Positions 37,956-51,080 of a DNA stretch of 64,000 nucleotides are shown one piece after another; the first letter of the stretch is position 1; each line of letters begins with the position of its first letter. The notes under the pieces were generated by a model, which ran no database searches, was not told where the DNA came from, and saw nothing but the letters and a program-made list of their open reading frames with translations. Position numbers and translations under genes: made by a program. The stretch comes from Lama guanicoe (taxonomy: Eukaryota). The stretch covers positions 20,428,897 through 20,492,896 of the forward strand of contig MU054187.1 in assembly GCA_013239625.1 (NCBI GenBank). The letters run 5' to 3'.

Positions 37956-38362
37956 TTATTTTACTGAAGTATAGTCAGTTTACAACATATTAATTTTGTT
38001 TTACAGTATAGTGTTTCAGTTATATACATATTTATATACTCTTTTTTATCATTTTCATTATAGGTTATTACAAGATATTGAGTATAGTTCCCTATGCTAT
38101 ATGGTAGAACTGTGTTATTTATCTATTTTATATATAGTAGTGAGTATCTGCAAATCCCAGACTTCCAATTTATCCCTCCACCTGCCCCTCTTCCCCCCTG
38201 GTAACCATAAGTTTGTTTTCTATGTCTGTGAGTCTGTTTCTGTTTTGTAAATCACTTCATGTGTGTCATTTTTTAAAGATTCCACATATAAGGGATATCA
38301 TATGGTATTTTTCTACCTCATTCTGACTTACTTCATTTCGTGTAACAGTCTCCAGGTCCATA
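37956..38362 (-). mobile_element. 5'-truncated artiodactyl-type LINE-1 3' end inserted in ERVL
   Basis: tgaagtatagtcagtttacaa...ggttattacaagatattgagtatagttccct...ggtaaccataagtttgttttctatgtctgtgagtctgtttctg. Near-identical flanks atgaataaaca (37945-37955) and atggataaaca (38382-38392). Confidence 0.85.
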
Positions 38363-39970
38363 CTGGAAATAAAAAAAAAAAATGGATAAACACATTGAGA
38401 GAAGCATCGATTTCTGTGTCATTTTTCTCTGTTGCACTGATAAGTTTCGAGTTCAACCTTATGATCTAAGGCAGGTTTTCCTTTGAGTAAATGATGACGA
38501 AGGAAAGGACAGGAGCCTACTTTATAAATATGCCGTTACACTGTAACGGCAACGGTCAGGAATAGTCAGCAAACCCATTAAATCACTTGACATAAACCTA
38601 ACACTAACTTTTCAAATGAAGAACATATAACAGATTGAAATACCCCTGACCCCCTGAAGATCAGTACTGAGGGAATGTCTCCCATTAGGCAGTGCTACAA
38701 GCAGTAATCATGAGTATTCATATAATGAAGACAAGCTAACAATGAAAACATTAGCAGAAAGAAGTCCTTTATCACTTAATTTAGACATAATGTTAATGAT
38801 GATCTTCAAAATCAATGGTTAAGATCTGATGAGATGTCAAGCAATACAGTCCGAATTATTATGAAGACATTTTAATATAAAGTTTTATAGTTTCTAATAA
38901 AAAGGTCAGACCTCGCCTTGAGCTATTAGATAGTGATAATAGAAAGATATGAATGAATAATAAGGTATCTTTATAAGTAAACAAGAAAACCACAGAGATA
39001 AATATATAAATAATATTTAAAGCCTTTTGATAGTATTGTTTTATTACCTTATGAAAACTACTGAATGAAATATTTTATGCTGCTTTTGATGGACGTTTGA
39101 AATTTTATGGAATTCTTGGAAACATTTTTAGTAATGAAATGTGTGAACTACTTTTCTCATGTCCCTTTAAAGGAAAAGATGTGCTTGAGAAAGTCAATGT
39201 TCAATTGAAAAGCAATTTTTTTTTTATGGAAACTAGATTTTTCAGGAGAAACTAAAAAAATGAAACCATTAATAGTGTGACTGTTTTGACTGGTATTCAG
39301 GAAAAATAAAAAGACTATATAAAACAAATTGATATACAACAGAGGATTCTGTCATAAGTTCTCAGAGCTAGAACCATGAGTGAAATGTACTAGCACATCA
39401 TTCATAAGCAAGTTATTGCAGAATCACATGCACACTGATTTGAGATTGTTTAAATATTTCATATATTCATTATAGATCACCATCCCTTGGAAAAGGGAAA
39501 ATAGTGCTGATCACGTATTAGTGAGCTTGAACTCCTCAGAAGAAATGGTCCATGTAAATTGAAGGAATTGTTATAAACATTACATGCACGATATAAATGC
39601 ATAGATTTAAGCAGTGAAGTCCTGGAAAATCTCTGCACTTAGCTTAGATCGAGCAACAAACAATCAATAATTATATGCAAATGAGTCTTTTATTCAATAT
39701 GACGAACCTGCATAACATTTTCAGCACAAATCAGCAAGTACTGTAGAGTTAAAAGACCCTTAGGGTAGGTAGTGGCCAGAACATTTCTTGCATGCATGAT
39801 GTCTCCAGAAAGTACAGTTAGCCTGGTTACACCAGCAATTGATATTTTGTACAAACTGCCAAAAAAAAAAAAAATCCAATCACGTTATACTTAATTTCAC
39901 TTCATTTTAATCACAATGTACTTGCATGGACAGGTTTCTTTTAAACACTGATTTATTCTCTAAATAGAGA

Positions 39971-40095
39971 GGCATGGTTGTTATTTAAGATCTAATGGTC
40001 CCCACTGGTCACATTTGGGAGGCCTTCCAACAGCAGGGCACGATTGTTATTTAAGATGTAACGTGCCTCACCGGTCACATTCGGGGGCTGCTTCT
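39971..40095. repeat. Two-copy tandem duplication, period 66 bp
   Basis: ggcatggttgttatttaagatctaatggtccccactggtcacatttggg (39971) vs ggcacgattgttatttaagatgtaacgtgcctcaccggtcacattcggg (40037): 40/49 identical. Confidence 0.9.
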
Positions 40096-40649
40096 GGCTG
40101 TGCTGAGGCTCTTGCCTGCCTGGCAAATAATGTACCAGCACCAGAAGAACTGCATAAATTCCTTGACATCTCTGTGGATTTTTCTCAAATTAAGCTAAGC
40201 TCTTGTTTTCTTCCTGATCCTAATTAAAATGTTGAATGAAGGGGGCAACATTTTTATATACCTGCATTTTTTTCTTTTCGGTGCAACAAGCCTCCTCTGG
40301 CTATTTATTTGGGGCATACTTGAAAATTAATAGAGTCCTGAATAGTAAAATGAAGCAAGTCATAAGGCACAGATTAACTCGGGAAAGTGGTACTTGGGGT
40401 TTAGGTTTGCCTTATGAATGAAAAATTGACAGGTGTGGATTCCAGAGCAATAGGTTAACATTCAAACCCTTGAAGGGGATGGTGTTCATCAGACGAGCGC
40501 ATATCCCCGACATTGTACTTTATCTGTTTTAATAAAGTCATCCCTTTCAAGGAAATTATTAATTTTACCTCTCTTCCTAAATCATGCTCTGAGCTCTAGT
40601 ATAGCATTAAAATAAAAACACAGGTGATGTTTACTCTGCTGTTTGACTT

Positions 40650-41218
40650 CTTTAAACTGAATGATAATTTTATACAATGAAATGCACAGATCTTAAGTGT
40701 TCAACGTGATGGGTTTTGACAATTCTCATAAATCAATGAAACGACCACTCAGTAAAAGATAGACAGCATATTCAGTACCTAGAAATGTCCCTTCCACCCC
40801 ACTGCAGTCAGTTCTTACATACTTCTAATCCAAGAGGTAACCACTTAGTTGGTTAAGAAGTCAAAATGGAATTAGAGAGGGTGCAACATTTTCTGGCTGT
40901 CTCCTTTAATTTGTTATAGTAATTTTGAGATTAATTCATGTTGTCACATAGCAGTAGTTCATTTTTTTATTATTATATGAATAGGACAAAATATACATTT
41001 ATCCAATATCTCGTTGATGAGCTTTTCTCTTTTCTTTTTTGTACTATTATGAATCAGGTTACTGTAAGCATTCTTATTGGCATACATTTTATTTCTCTTG
41101 GGAAAACATTTAAAATGAAATTGCTGCATCATTGGCTAGATATATGTTTAGCTTTTTGAGAAATCTCCAAAAGTTCTCCAAGATGGTATTTTTATTTTAC
41201 GTTCCCACCAGCAAGATA
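40650..41218 (-). mobile_element. LINE-1 3' fragment (L1MB/L1ME-like), antisense
   Basis: atacaatgaaatgcacagatcttaagtgttcaa...catttatccaatatctcgttgatgag...ttcccaccagcaa. Confidence 0.8.
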
Positions 41219-43857
41219 CAGCATAGTCCAAGTGCTGTGTTAAAGATTAATGAAATGTTAATACTTACTTATGGCGACATACATCACAACGTTGTTTTCT
41301 CACTTTTTTTATGAAACACAATTCACAAGTCTAAATACATTCATCTGGGTGTAGATTTGTTTCTACACAGCCAGGGAAATGACAAACTATACGTGTTTTC
41401 CTAAGGTCAATATATGAAATATACATGGAATTGTGGATTCAAAATCGTACCTTCCAGTTCTCATGCAGTGACAGTTTGTCTTACGGTGACATGATGGTGG
41501 CCGTTCTACTTTCGCCTGAAAGGGTGACTTGCTACTAGGAATTTAGAATTTGTCAGCCACAGAAAATGTTGCCTTACATCTATGGCCTTTTATTTCCCAC
41601 ACTGAAATTTTATCTTTACATGACTTTAAATGGTGGTAAATATTCAGTAAAAATGAAACAGGGTAATGTGGACGTAATTGGGATAATCCATTGCTAGTCA
41701 CTGTGCTGTATTTTTTCAGTGATAATGGATGACCCCAAACTTTGCAGGCCAGAGAAAAGTGCGTATCTGAGTTTTTTTTTTTTTTCCTCCCAAGCTCATA
41801 CACTTTAAAATCTTTGGGAAGTGCTTTTGTAGATAACATAAAGAAGGCCACTCATATATTTCTGCTTATAGCAAACTCAGTTCTGCATTTTATTAATACA
41901 GAAGTAAAAAGTGAACTCCCTAACTTATAAATTTGCAAAGTCACTTTGAACAGTTTAACTCTAAAACCCTGACATAAATATATTCAAGGGGGGATATGTA
42001 TGAATAAAATTTGGCCATCTATGTAGTAGTTTTCAACGAAAAGTGTGATGTTAACATTTTGATTATAAAGAGAGGAAATTATATAAATATACAAATTAGG
42101 TCTGGAATATGCCAGAGAGCAGAACATAGGAATGCCTCACTTCCATATTATCTGTAAGTCAGAAGGAAAAATAAGCTTTGAAAATCTGAAGAGGTAAGTG
42201 GTTCATGAAAACAAAATTGTAAGACGTGAGTTAGTTAATGACTATGATATGGGCAAATATTAGGGAAAACCTGAAGATAAAATACAAACCAGAAATGAAA
42301 AACTCCTGATACACACCTCAAAGCATTAAGAGCCATTAAACTGTCCTCGGAAGCATGACAATTCTCTGAAAGGCAGTAAACTCCCACAAAATTAAGCACC
42401 ATATTCATAGGAGGAGCATTGGACTAAATCAACCCTGAGAATTGGGGAATATCCACTCTGCTCTGCTGTCACCTGGTATGTGTTACTCGGGGTAGCCCAT
42501 CTGTTTGTAACAGATGTCTCATCCCTTCACAGAGAATGGTGTGCTCTACAGCCAGCTGCAATGAGACCGAGGGACAGGAACAGTGACCTGGCTCATCGGA
42601 AGTGGATTATGGGTCCCAGAAAAGCACCAGGAAAGGAAAGCGGCTTTGATTCATCCTCAGCAGGGTAGTTTAGAAAATGACTAATACCACCCTCTTCATC
42701 CCCCTTGGTGCTTCATGGACTCAGCCTTTGAGCTGCATCTCTTTAAGGTCCCTATTAACCAATCTTGTTCTAATTCAGTAGGTAGGAGGAACGACGAGGC
42801 TGTTTTGTATGCCAGGTCTGGAATGACTGGTGAAACACTCCAGCTGTGTTTGACATGAAGAATCAATATTCCACATAAGCTCATTCTGTTCATGGCAAAA
42901 ATGCTTCCATGACTCCTTTGACTGTGTAAGATGCTTTTATGAAAATTACTAATATTGACTCATCGGAAAAGGAGACAAAAAGCCATACGCTTAAGTATTT
43001 TGGCAATGTGCCCACGAAGTATTTTGAAGAATACTGTTAAATCCTTCCATTCTACTTCTTATTGCATTACAATTCAAAAATTGATACATATGCTCCCTGC
43101 TGGTTTATCAAGATTATGTGTTATAACCATTTTACAGATGGCTGTTTAAAAAACACCTAGGGAGGGATTACCACTGAACACATTTTGAACTTTTCCATTA
43201 AATTACCATAAGCTTTAAAGTTGTCCCCAAAAGAGACAGAATGAATAGACCAAAACAAACCATGTTTGGAAACATGAAGTGTGGCACGTGTTTGAGTTGA
43301 TAAAAAAGCAGGAAGAGAGAAAAGGTTTATAATGTGAAGAAAATCACTGAAAGATCAAAACAGCCTCAAAGTTTAAAAATCAACACTAAAAGGCCATTTG
43401 ACCAAACAAAATTAAAACATTTTGACAAAAAAAAATTATGAACAGCTACTATGTGATTATAAAAAGCTCAGAAATTGAGTATAAACTCATGAAAGCATGA
43501 GTTTCTCCTGACCTCTTAAAGCTTGCAATCTAGTTAGGAAGGTCCGTGTAAACAACTCACTTTAACAGAATCATGTATGAAGTGAGGCCAGGAGATAATT
43601 TCATTGTATTGTATTGAGGCTGAGGAAGCAAACATTAATTTAAAATATTGGAAGTTTGGAAGTTGTGCTGACTGTAGAGCCATTTTTAAAACAACTTTGA
43701 TTTCATTTAATATGTTTTCTAAATACATGGTATAGTAAAAATGCATTTGAAATATATATATCCAAGAGACTTAAACCATTTACTGTGAAGCATAATTTAA
43801 AAAAAAAACAAAAAAGAACTATATATATTTCAAAACCCCAGCCTGACAACATTTTAC

Positions 43858-43930
43858 TGTGATACATTTCCTAGTCTGCAACTGTGCCTGGCTCACAGTA
43901 GATCCTACGTGTAAAGCATGCTGCATGAAC
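43858..43930 (+). mobile_element. L2 terminal fragment
   Basis: tcctagtctgcaactgtgcctggctcacagtagatcct...tgctgcatgaa. Confidence 0.45.
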
Positions 43931-44499
43931 TTACAATTTTCATATTCTAGAAAACAAACATGGGGGCAAAAATAAAATCATAATATAATATAAATATGAT
44001 TCATTTTTATATTTCAAAATTCCTAATTAAGGTTCCTAGTAATTTCCTTTGTCCCAGTTCTTTTTACCCTAAATGCATTTGCAGACCAATTTTAAAAGGT
44101 GAAAGAATACTTCTATTTAACATTGAAAGAACGCCCCACTTCCCCTGTCAGATCTCTATTTGCTCCAGTACAATAACAATGAAATAAAGGGAGACAGAGG
44201 GTTTCCATGGCAGTTCTGTGTTACTCCTTGGGAAATAAGTTAAAAAGTTTCAGTCACTTCTGCAAGTCTGAGTTGAGAGCTGTCGTTGAAGTTGACTTGC
44301 TCTGTGGTAAGATGCTTTTCGATTTTATGCACTGAGCTGAGGATAATGTGAAAAATGATGAGCTAAGTGGGAGCCTAAATTAATAGTTTCAGATATTTGT
44401 TGGCTTTACTGGCCTTATTTATAAAATAAAAGTTGGAAATGTGTGCTGGTATCTCCTTTTATCACTTTTTGAGTGGGCCATGATTTCCAAACGTCCAAG

Positions 44500-44620
44500 G
44501 ATCCTGATTTATGGATGAGACCAGCCAGACAGGTTAAGTGAATTTCATGAATTAAGAGTCAATTACCCACAGAAATAGGGAGAGACTCAAGTCTCCGAAT
44601 TTGCAACAGTAATCCTTGAA
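44500..44620 (-). mobile_element. MIR fragment
   Basis: atttatggatgagaccagccagacaggttaagtgaattt resembles the antisense MIR core. Confidence 0.45.
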
Positions 44621-46614
44621 TTATTATTATTTTAAAGTGTAATCCAGTGATATTAAACATGAACAAAAGTCACCCTTCAAGAAATGCATTGGCTTTGAAT
44701 AGGTCTATAGAGAAAGCACAGCCCATAAACACCCATTTGTATGCAAAGATCCACAAGCAGGAAAAGTTGCTTTGGACGGCCAAGAAATAGAAGAAAGGGG
44801 AACAGCACTGAACTTTTTCTGAGTCTACATGTGAATTTCTCCTTTCGCCTTCTTTTCTTACCTAGCCTGCCTCCAGACATGTTGAAATATTCGGACTGGA
44901 GCAGCTGGACTCCTTTTGGACACACCTGAGCTTACCTGTCAAATTTTGTCTTTGTAACGGCATCTGGTCTCGCCTACGTGTTTAATTTAGCGTTGAGTTT
45001 CATTAGGTTGTAGTTCTTTCAAGCTGCTATTAGCATTGTCCAGAGACGGAGAAATAAGATGTTTATTCATTAGCACCAAGTGTTTTTTTTTTCAACTAAA
45101 CACAGGCGAAGTATTCTTTCATGTGTTATTTCTTTAGATAAAGAACAGCACAAGGTAGACTCAAAGAAAATTTAACTTTCTTTGGATGAAGCCTCGTGTT
45201 TTGAAACTGAGACAGACAATTGAAAACATTAGATAGGAAAAAGATGGTCCTACGGGAAGGGTAACGCTCTAAATAAAACATCAATTGGTCAGCTCACGCT
45301 GAGATAATTGCATTTTTATTAACAAATGCATCCTCGTTGGTCTAATGTAAAAATCCTGTAGAAAAGATTGTTTGTACACACAGTAGGTTTGTCAGTCCTT
45401 CTTATCCAGTCACGGACACCTCTCACTGAGGCCCCGGCCCCTCTCAAGACCTACAACAACCTGTCCTTTGTGCCAATTTCTCATTAAGTCATGTCTTAAG
45501 TTATTTTCTTGGCAGTTTTCTGATATCGGTTGTACCCAAAAGCATCCCAAATTTTCTTATAGAACACACATGTCACTTTCTCTTTTTCTCTTCTTCAAGT
45601 GTTATGATTGGCACAGCTCCTTAGTGATTATATTTTACTCTTCTTTCCTCTAGAGAGTCCTATTGTGAACTGCAGGCTCCTTGGCTTGGGTTGCAACCAA
45701 CCAAGTGGGCTCTTGGAACCTTCTAACTTGGAAGAATAACTCCTTCCTCATTATTCACAACCAATGACTAGAATTGACCTATGAATTGTCTATGGCCAGA
45801 TTATAATGTAATGCTACAGTTTTATTGGATGTTACTAATAACCAATATAATCAGCTGTGTCCAACCCATTCTGGAAGTTCTATGTCAGACTCTGACTTTG
45901 ACTGCAGGGGGGGAGTGCAGGAACGGATTCTTCCTCTTTGTCTCCAGGCAAGGAGGCTGCTGAAGTCACTTTATTTTATACAGAATTAGAATTAAGGGAT
46001 GTAAGAGCTCCTAAAGAGTGCATTTCTTAGACACATGTTTTTAAACAAAGAGGTAAGTGTGCTACTACTCAAAGCAGCCTGGCAGGCTTGTTTGCAAATA
46101 CAACATCTCTCCTGAAGAAATTTCATATTTTGACATCACATCTTAAGATTCATTTTATACTTCATATTATGTGTTTTTTCCTAAAGTTTACAATGCTATT
46201 CCATTGCAGTATATTCAAAAGCATCTTTGTGTGAAGTTGCAAATATTGACGGTACTGTGACTAAATGATTCCAATATATCTGAGGACGTGGTAGCAACTG
46301 CAGTCAAAGGTACACAGCTCCCTGACCTTGAAGTTTTTAACAAGGTGTCCAGCAGCAAAGGAAACCTGCAGGTCAGAGGGAGGGTCCTATCCGTCCTTTT
46401 GAGACAACTCCCTTTTCAATTCCCTTAGGGCTAGTTTAATATTTTGGAATACTCTGGCTAATTACCTACTTCTCATCAGGGGCAATTAACTGGTAATAAC
46501 CCTTAGAACATTTCTGAGTATTTACTGTAAATGGAGAAATTTATATGGCATACCATCCCCTCAGTAGGTCGAACTATCAGGCCTTCAGGTGTATTTTGAG
46601 AGCTTAATAGTAAC

Positions 46615-48110
46615 ATTTTTATTAACTTTTTATAAGAATATAACATGCAGAGAATAAAAGTACACAGATCTTCATAATTGTATAAATCAATTAAATTCTA
46701 TAGAGTGAACATATCTGTAACAGCATGTAGATAAAGAAATAGAGAATTACTAGCATCCCAGAAGGGTCCCTCTCACCAACTTCCACTTACTAACCACCAG
46801 GATAAACTATCCTGAGATCCAAAACTTAAGTTATTTTGCCTGTTTTGAACTCTTTATGATTAGGGTTATATAAAATGTGCTCCTTTATATGTCTCCTCCA
46901 CCTTTATTTTTTTAACTTAATGTGTTTGTGAGATTCATCCATGAATTTTTGTACAGTCGTAATTTGTTAATTCTCAATATCTTAGGATCACATTGTGGAA
47001 AGAAACCATACTTTATTTAACGATCCTAAAGCTGATAAAATTTTGTTTTATTTCTACTTTTTGGCTATAAAGAAAGGTTCTGGAATAAGCGTCACTATAT
47101 ACGTCTTCTAGAGAAATGTGTAGCCATCTTTGCGGGGTGTACACTTGAGGAAAAGATTGGATTCTAAAGTCCAATTTAAAAGAAGAGACAAAGCCTTTGC
47201 GCCATTTAATGGTAACAGCACATTTCTGTTTTCTGTGCGTGAGCATTCCAGTTTCTTCACGTCTATTCCAAATCTTGGGATTGTCTGCCCCTTTTTTTTC
47301 ATTCTTAGAATAATGTCTTGTGGTTTTAAATGACATTCACCTAATCAACTAATCATTTTAAAGACTTTATTATATGTTTTTAGCTAATTCAGAACATCTT
47401 CTATGAAGTGCCTGTTACAATTTTTATTGTCTATTTGACTTCCATTTTATTATTAATTTGTAGATTTTAAACACACACATACACATGCACACACACACAC
47501 ACAGAGACGCACACCTGGACTTTTTTTTTTTTTGGCCAAATGTATACTTTGTGAAATTTTCTTCCATTCTGTGCTTGTTTTGCATTCTACTGCTCTGTTT
47601 TGCAAAGCAAAATCCTTAATGTTAATGTTCAATTTAACAATTTTTTACTTAGAGTCAATGCTTTTTGTTTAGTATTTATTTACCTACCCTGGAAAGTAAT
47701 GGTAGTCGCCAATGTTTTGCTTTAAAAGCTTTATTGTTTGCAAATCACATTTACATGTGCAATATATACAGAAGTAATTTTGTTTATAATGTAAGATTAA
47801 AAAATTTTTCTCATAAAAACAGCCAGTAGACCTAACATTCTTACTGAGTATACCATTATTTTCCTATTGCATTCTAGTGTGACTTTGTTATATATGGCAA
47901 ATAACAATTTGACCATTTCTGGACTCTTTTTTCCAAAGATCCATTTTTCCATCTTTGCAACATCATATTGTTTTAATTGTTTTATCTCTGTGTAGATCTT
48001 GATAACTGTATCTTTGATACCTGGTGGATTCTTAACTTCTGTCCTTCTTAAGGATGTTTTTGACCATTCTTGGCCCTTTGATTTACATGTAAACCTAGTA
48101 TATCAGTTGC
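46615..48110 (-). mobile_element. Old LINE-1 (L1ME-like) 3'UTR and ORF2 end, antisense, with an internal (CA)n at 47471-47514
   Basis: aaaagtacacagatc...agaaatagagaattactagcatcccagaag...ttttgcctgttttgaact...gagattcatccatg...ctatgaagtgcctgtt...attcttggccctttg. Confidence 0.8.
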
Positions 48111-49139
48111 CTCTAAAATTATCTACATTTTAATGTTCAAATAATCATACTTATTAGACCACTAGTTATAGTTCTTTTTATCTATTTATCTTGATGTATT
48201 TTCTCAGTTGATTTTTTTAAAGGCTTTAAACTTACATCTTTCTGGCTAGATGGTAAAAAATATGTATTTTCCTAGGATATGTATTCCAGTAACTATAATT
48301 ACAATCTTATATAAAATTCTAGACCACTGGCAGTGGCTGAAATGTGAGAAAAGCATGCCGCCTTTGTGTGTGTGTGATACAGAAAATGCATTCTGCAATA
48401 TATTTGTAAATAAATTAAAGAATAGTTTATAGGCCTACCATATTCCAAAAATGAAGACATTAAGATTTTATTATCAATTATCGCTATAGTCCACTGACTT
48501 GATTTACTAACAGTCTTCTTCTAGGCTTCCACCTTATTTTATGACTGATGAAATTACTAATACTAAGAAACAAAGAGTAAAGAAGGCCACAGTTGATCAC
48601 TTTTCAGGTTTTCTTTAAGAGTGTTTTAATTTACTATTTTCTATTTATCTAATTAAAGTAGTAACTGTTAATTTAGTGGCTACAAATGGCAACAATAAAA
48701 TAGCACATGTCTTATAGGGCTTTCAGTGTATTAAATAAAGTGAGGTAGCTAAAACTCAGCGCAGCACAAAACATTGCTACTAAATAAAAATTGATTCCCA
48801 TCCTTTTGCCAACCAGCCAGCCATCTGGTAGGCCATGGCTGTCTGTGCATTAGTTCACATGTCATTGTCATAGTAGAAGTGTGCATGCATTTGGGGATTC
48901 TGGAGATGAAATAGATTAGTTTTGAAAAATGGGACACCACTAAGGTTTATCTTTTCTTTATTTACTACTGTGCATCTTGAAAAATTAAAATCATCATCTG
49001 GGGAGGGGAAAAAAAAAACTACCCTAAATAATAGAACAATTCTCAAAGGAGGTCTATTGTTAAATTATCATTTTAAAGTGTGTTATACACACGATAACAA
49101 TTTGGGGAATATAATAGAATAAAATGTTCAATTTAAAAT

Positions 49140-49335
49140 AGGTTCAAAAGCATAAAGACCTGGCTATAAAAGTGAATGAGAACCACGAAGCAGTCTAGAG
49201 AAGGGGAAATATTAAAGCTCTACTGAGGGAAACGAAATAAAACTTGAAGAAATGGAAAACTATATTCACTTATGTATGAAAAATATTAAGTACTAGTGAT
49301 TTGTCCTTATATGGATCGATACATTGAATGAAAGA
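49140..49335 (+). mobile_element. Very old LINE-1 ORF2 fragment
   Basis: aaatattaaagctctactgaggga...aacttgaagaaatggaaaactatattca. Confidence 0.4.
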
Positions 49336-51080
49336 CCGCTGGGTTTCCTGACGAGGTGGTGATTTATCACATACGGATGGCTCTCTTCCCCAAATCCAAG
49401 TTAAGTAATAAATCCAAGAGAACTGTTGGAGCCAAGACTGATGGAGCTGAGAAACTTACTTTAAAACTGTGAACAATCCTAAAGGAATGGAGGGGGTTAC
49501 TTCTTTGTGTGGTAGAGAAATAACATCCGGATCAGAAGAGAGAAGGACTTGCAGGCAAGTCAGAAATTCATTTTGCCTCTGGGTAAAGAAGTCCGGAAGA
49601 GCTGTGGCTTTCATTGTTTAGTATGTATCTCGTTTGACTGTTATTAAAAACCTATGTGTGTGTTGCTTTATTGAATGCAAATAAAATACTGGTTAAACAC
49701 TCCAAAACACAGTTTTTGTGATTCTTGTTGTTTTGCACTAATCCAAATCTTTCTTATATTGTTACAGATTCAGGTCACTCCTTATGTTTCATTCTCTGCT
49801 GGGCATCCTTTCTGCAACATGTGAAACTTTCATTTGAAATTGGGTATTTTTCAGTGTGGATCTATTTGCTGGCTTATGAGAGGATACATTTTGTCCCTTC
49901 CTGACATTTGACCATCAGATTTTCATTTAAAATGTTCTCATCTTTCTTGAACCAAATTTCCTTAAGTAGTCTAAATTATTTGAAATAAAAATCAGTAGCT
50001 CTCAGTTAATTTTCATCATCTTAGGAGTTTGTCAGTTTTATCCTTTAAGCAGACAACAAACCAGACAGGAATTTTTCCTGAAGTCTGGATTGGACCATGA
50101 AGCCCTACTTATTAAAGGCAAAACACATTTTGATATCTGGCTTTCATTGCAGATATGTTCATGAAAAAATCCTTTTTACCCACACAAAATATAGTACTGC
50201 CTTTAGGAAAGAGCTTTAGGGACATCAATAATTAACTTGTAAGGACAATGGCATCCTCTATGACAAGTGGATGAACGGAATAGGAAGTTACATCCTATCC
50301 CGGAGATACCCACGTTGTATTGTCCTGAAGCTATTTAGCTTACTCTCCAAGGTTTTGCAAAACCTGCTTTATTTCACACCTGCTGGACACGTTATCTTTC
50401 AAGTTCTGCAAGAAGTCTTCATTAACATAGTGACACAGTCCATTGTTACTGTCACGTTTGTGTTATTAAACTAAAAATTCACAATTACAGCTCCCTGAAT
50501 CTCTATCAACAATGGCAAAAGAGAAGATACAACTTTATGCATTACCCTCCTATTATATGTAGTCATCCGCAAAGAACAAAGTCAAAGCCTTTTTTCTATA
50601 ATCAGTCCTTTGTTTCCCTACACAGTTACTTCTATCCTTAGTATTTCTTAATCCTAAGCAAATGAGAAATTCATCAGTATGAATTTTTTTCCTAACAGAA
50701 ATCAGCCATGCTGTAAACTCATTTAAAACAACACACACTCAAGTCAAATAATCACAAGTCAAATATTAGCCACCTTATTCCAATTAAAACATTTCCTAAC
50801 TTACTATTTACCATAACCACCATTCCATTCACAAATATAACTGCAAGTTCCTTTGTACAAATTGTATATATATGTCCATATATATGTAAGGTAATTTTGT
50901 TATATGCTTTCTGAAGTATTATTCTTTTACATATATTAAGGTAAATTATAAATTAGAGAGCAAATTTGAAAGGAGACCTCTAGTCAGCCATAAAAGAAGA
51001 ATGAGTCATAAAAGGAAACAGAACTGGGTTTAGGGAGAAATAAATAGATTTGCATTTGGCTTCATAATTTGTTTACATTC

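Larger units (their letters stand above)
34920..38720 (+). mobile_element. Decayed ERVL internal region (gag-pol remnant)
   Basis: ERVL gag-like text (ttgctgaacctcaggcccag, aaagatagggccctgaaaat, tctaggccaataaccagactca, gagcataaaactggatag). RT motifs ccagatggattctggcagatg (PDGFWQM), IPIERENQKQLNFNWKEEQHPLTTVLQGSVNLP (ORF 37015-37215) and VHYINDI at 37260-37280 (YIDD site). RNase H-like gggaatgtctcccattaggcag near 38670. Confidence 0.8.

Noticed and set aside
39971..40095. CRISPR-like repeat-spacer pattern
   Set aside because: Only two diverged tandem units, no spacer series, no cas genes, mammalian context.
50350..50365. Perfect 16-bp palindrome aggttttgcaaaacct
   Set aside because: Same chance expectation; no supporting context.
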